The notes under the pieces: generated by a model | Told to the model about the DNA's origin: nothing | The model's database searches: none | Seen by the model: the letters and a program-made list of their open reading frames with translations, nothing else | NCBI GenBank assembly: GCA_036386835.1 | Contig: DASVUX010000011.1 | Span: 192,291 to 256,290, forward strand | DNA from: Bacteroidia bacterium | Lineage (GTDB): Bacteria > Bacteroidota > Bacteroidia > 2-12-FULL-35-15 | DNA length: 64,000 nt | Direction of reading: 5' to 3' | Translations under genes and position numbers: made by a program | Part shown: positions 63,901 to 64,000 of the stretch, in pieces | Layout of the letters: each line of letters starts with the position of its first letter | Position numbering within the stretch: the first letter of the stretch is position 1

Positions 63901-64000
63901 AACAACCATCATCCAGTGAGCCTCCAAGATAAGTGCTCCAGGTCATAGCGCTGAGATCTGGCGGCATTTTGAAAACAACTCCGTCCATGCCACCTCCCGG
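60908..64000 (-). CDS. large secreted SBBP-repeat protein with type-B T9SS C-terminal domain, paralog of the 1443-aa gene; N-terminus lies beyond the window end
   Basis: Type-B CTD LWFPNSFTPNENGLNDIFTG...IFNRWGELIYETE..GWDGF. The N-terminal part is about 80 percent identical by eye to the neighbouring gene (DGFNFYLFVLAPDATSLLYGTYFGGGQTQEHVDGGTSRFDKKGIVYQAVCAGCGG). ~85-aa modules LWSTGxxTxxIxV..AGxYWV...C.R.DTI.I repeat five times. The ORF is still open at position 64000. Confidence 0.75.
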   Translation of the reverse strand, partial: PGGGMDGVVFKMPPDLSAMTWSTYLGGSLDDGCYALVLDPQSNVYTTGGTNSVNFPTTPGAIGTLYNGGQSDGYVTKISNDGAAILNSTLIGTNAYDQSFLIQLDNFFNVYIIGQSLGSMPVSAGVYSNPNSKQFIWKMNSTLTSTLFTTIFGNGNGQVNISPAAFLVDVCGNIYVCGWGGNILLGTPTTNMPLTPGAFQPATDGFNFYLFVLAPDATSLLYGTYFGGGQTQEHVDGGTSRFDKKGIVYQAVCAGCGGNDDFPVTPGSWPYGSPTYTPLTPGVPSSGINKSFNCNMGVFKFDFQTAGVSADANIFPNDTICAGDSVHFNNASANALNYLWDFGDGSPISTQSSPTHQYPLPGTYDVRLIAIDSTGCLFADTSDLTVVVAPYPLVSLGNDTILCESVNLLLDAGSQPGIGYYWSSGDSTQTITATSPGEFWVEVSNNHCSTADTLQIAEIILEPFLGNDTSLCDGQTLQLNVFEPGLSYLWSTGAVTPSITVTTAGQYWVQVTLGPCTRSDTIIVNYIPYPVITLPASTIICPDDSLVLNGGIPATAYLWSTADTTQNIIVSESGTYSVTASNFQCSTTAATNTYELVFPVLGPDTNLCAGQTITLDISYPGASYLWSTGAVTNSISVSAAGEYWVSLSFAGCTRNDTISIGYIDYPVISLIPAITICPGDSALLQPGGSAEEYIWSTGDTLEDIYASSTGNYIVTASNQHCSSTASTVLFEVYFIPLVPDTTLCAGQAITLDATTPGATYLWSTGASSPVINVSTAGQYWVTAVVGFCQNKDTVNISYVPYPVVNLPSSIDLCPQTSVTLDAGNTALAYSWSTGDQTQTITTSAGGPHIVVASNMHCSVSDTTLINAIPPVAWTSSTTLCNVERYTLESGVQASSYLWSTGEITPSIEVLEAGVYWVVANSSGCYVSDTINIEGGLGNGVLWFPNSFTPNENGLNDIFTGKGADITYFDLMIFNRWGELIYETEKQNEGWDGFYKGSLTKPDVYVWKVKYKTKCSGDEIKSKIGHVTLIQ

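Noticed and set aside
1-64000. Search for tRNA, rRNA, transposase/integrase, CRISPR-Cas or known defence-system genes
   Set aside because: No intergenic region contains tRNA-like conserved boxes (for example GTTCGAATC) or rRNA-like sequence. No ORF shows transposase DDE or tyrosine-recombinase motifs. PIN-PhoH and the secreted NucA nuclease were considered as defence candidates, but both are common housekeeping families with no partner genes.

Overview
This window looks like a Bacteroidota chromosomal segment. The T9SS C-terminal sorting domains, the PorP/SprF gene, the short NuoG and the TAnnTTTG-type -7 box all point that way. Coding is dense and mostly on the minus strand. Layout: (1) respiratory complex I genes nuoH(partial)-G-F-E-D-C-B-A on the minus strand at 1-6394, with an unexpected small lipoprotein gene between nuoB and nuoA. 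(2) Two tandem giant secreted proteins (1868 and 2338 aa) carrying type-A T9SS C-terminal domains and near-identical internal tandem repeats. (3) A housekeeping block: PIN-PhoH ATPase, a propeller T9SS cargo, an HMBD lipoprotein, a secreted NucA-type endonuclease, a SixA-like phosphatase, a histone-H1-like basic protein, ppk1-ppx, and an SRPBCC/YfcH/two-paralogous-membrane-protein/GbsR-like regulator operon. (4) An ECF sigma factor and a membrane-anchored PKD/type-B-CTD protein, followed directly by two giant type-B T9SS cargo genes. (5) RNase R. (6) Two two-component modules: a CHASE3-like HK with a receiver-only RR, and a secreted MORN protein with a multi-PAS HisKA_2 kinase and a LytTR RR. 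(7) An sprB-like locus: two tandem SBBP-propeller type-B cargo paralogs, porP/sprF and a PorE-like OmpA protein. It is preceded by a type-A cargo gene and a tandemly duplicated ~160-bp structured intergenic element. No rRNA, tRNA, CRISPR array, transposase or integrase was recognised. All domain calls come from motifs read by eye in the translations; no database searches were run.
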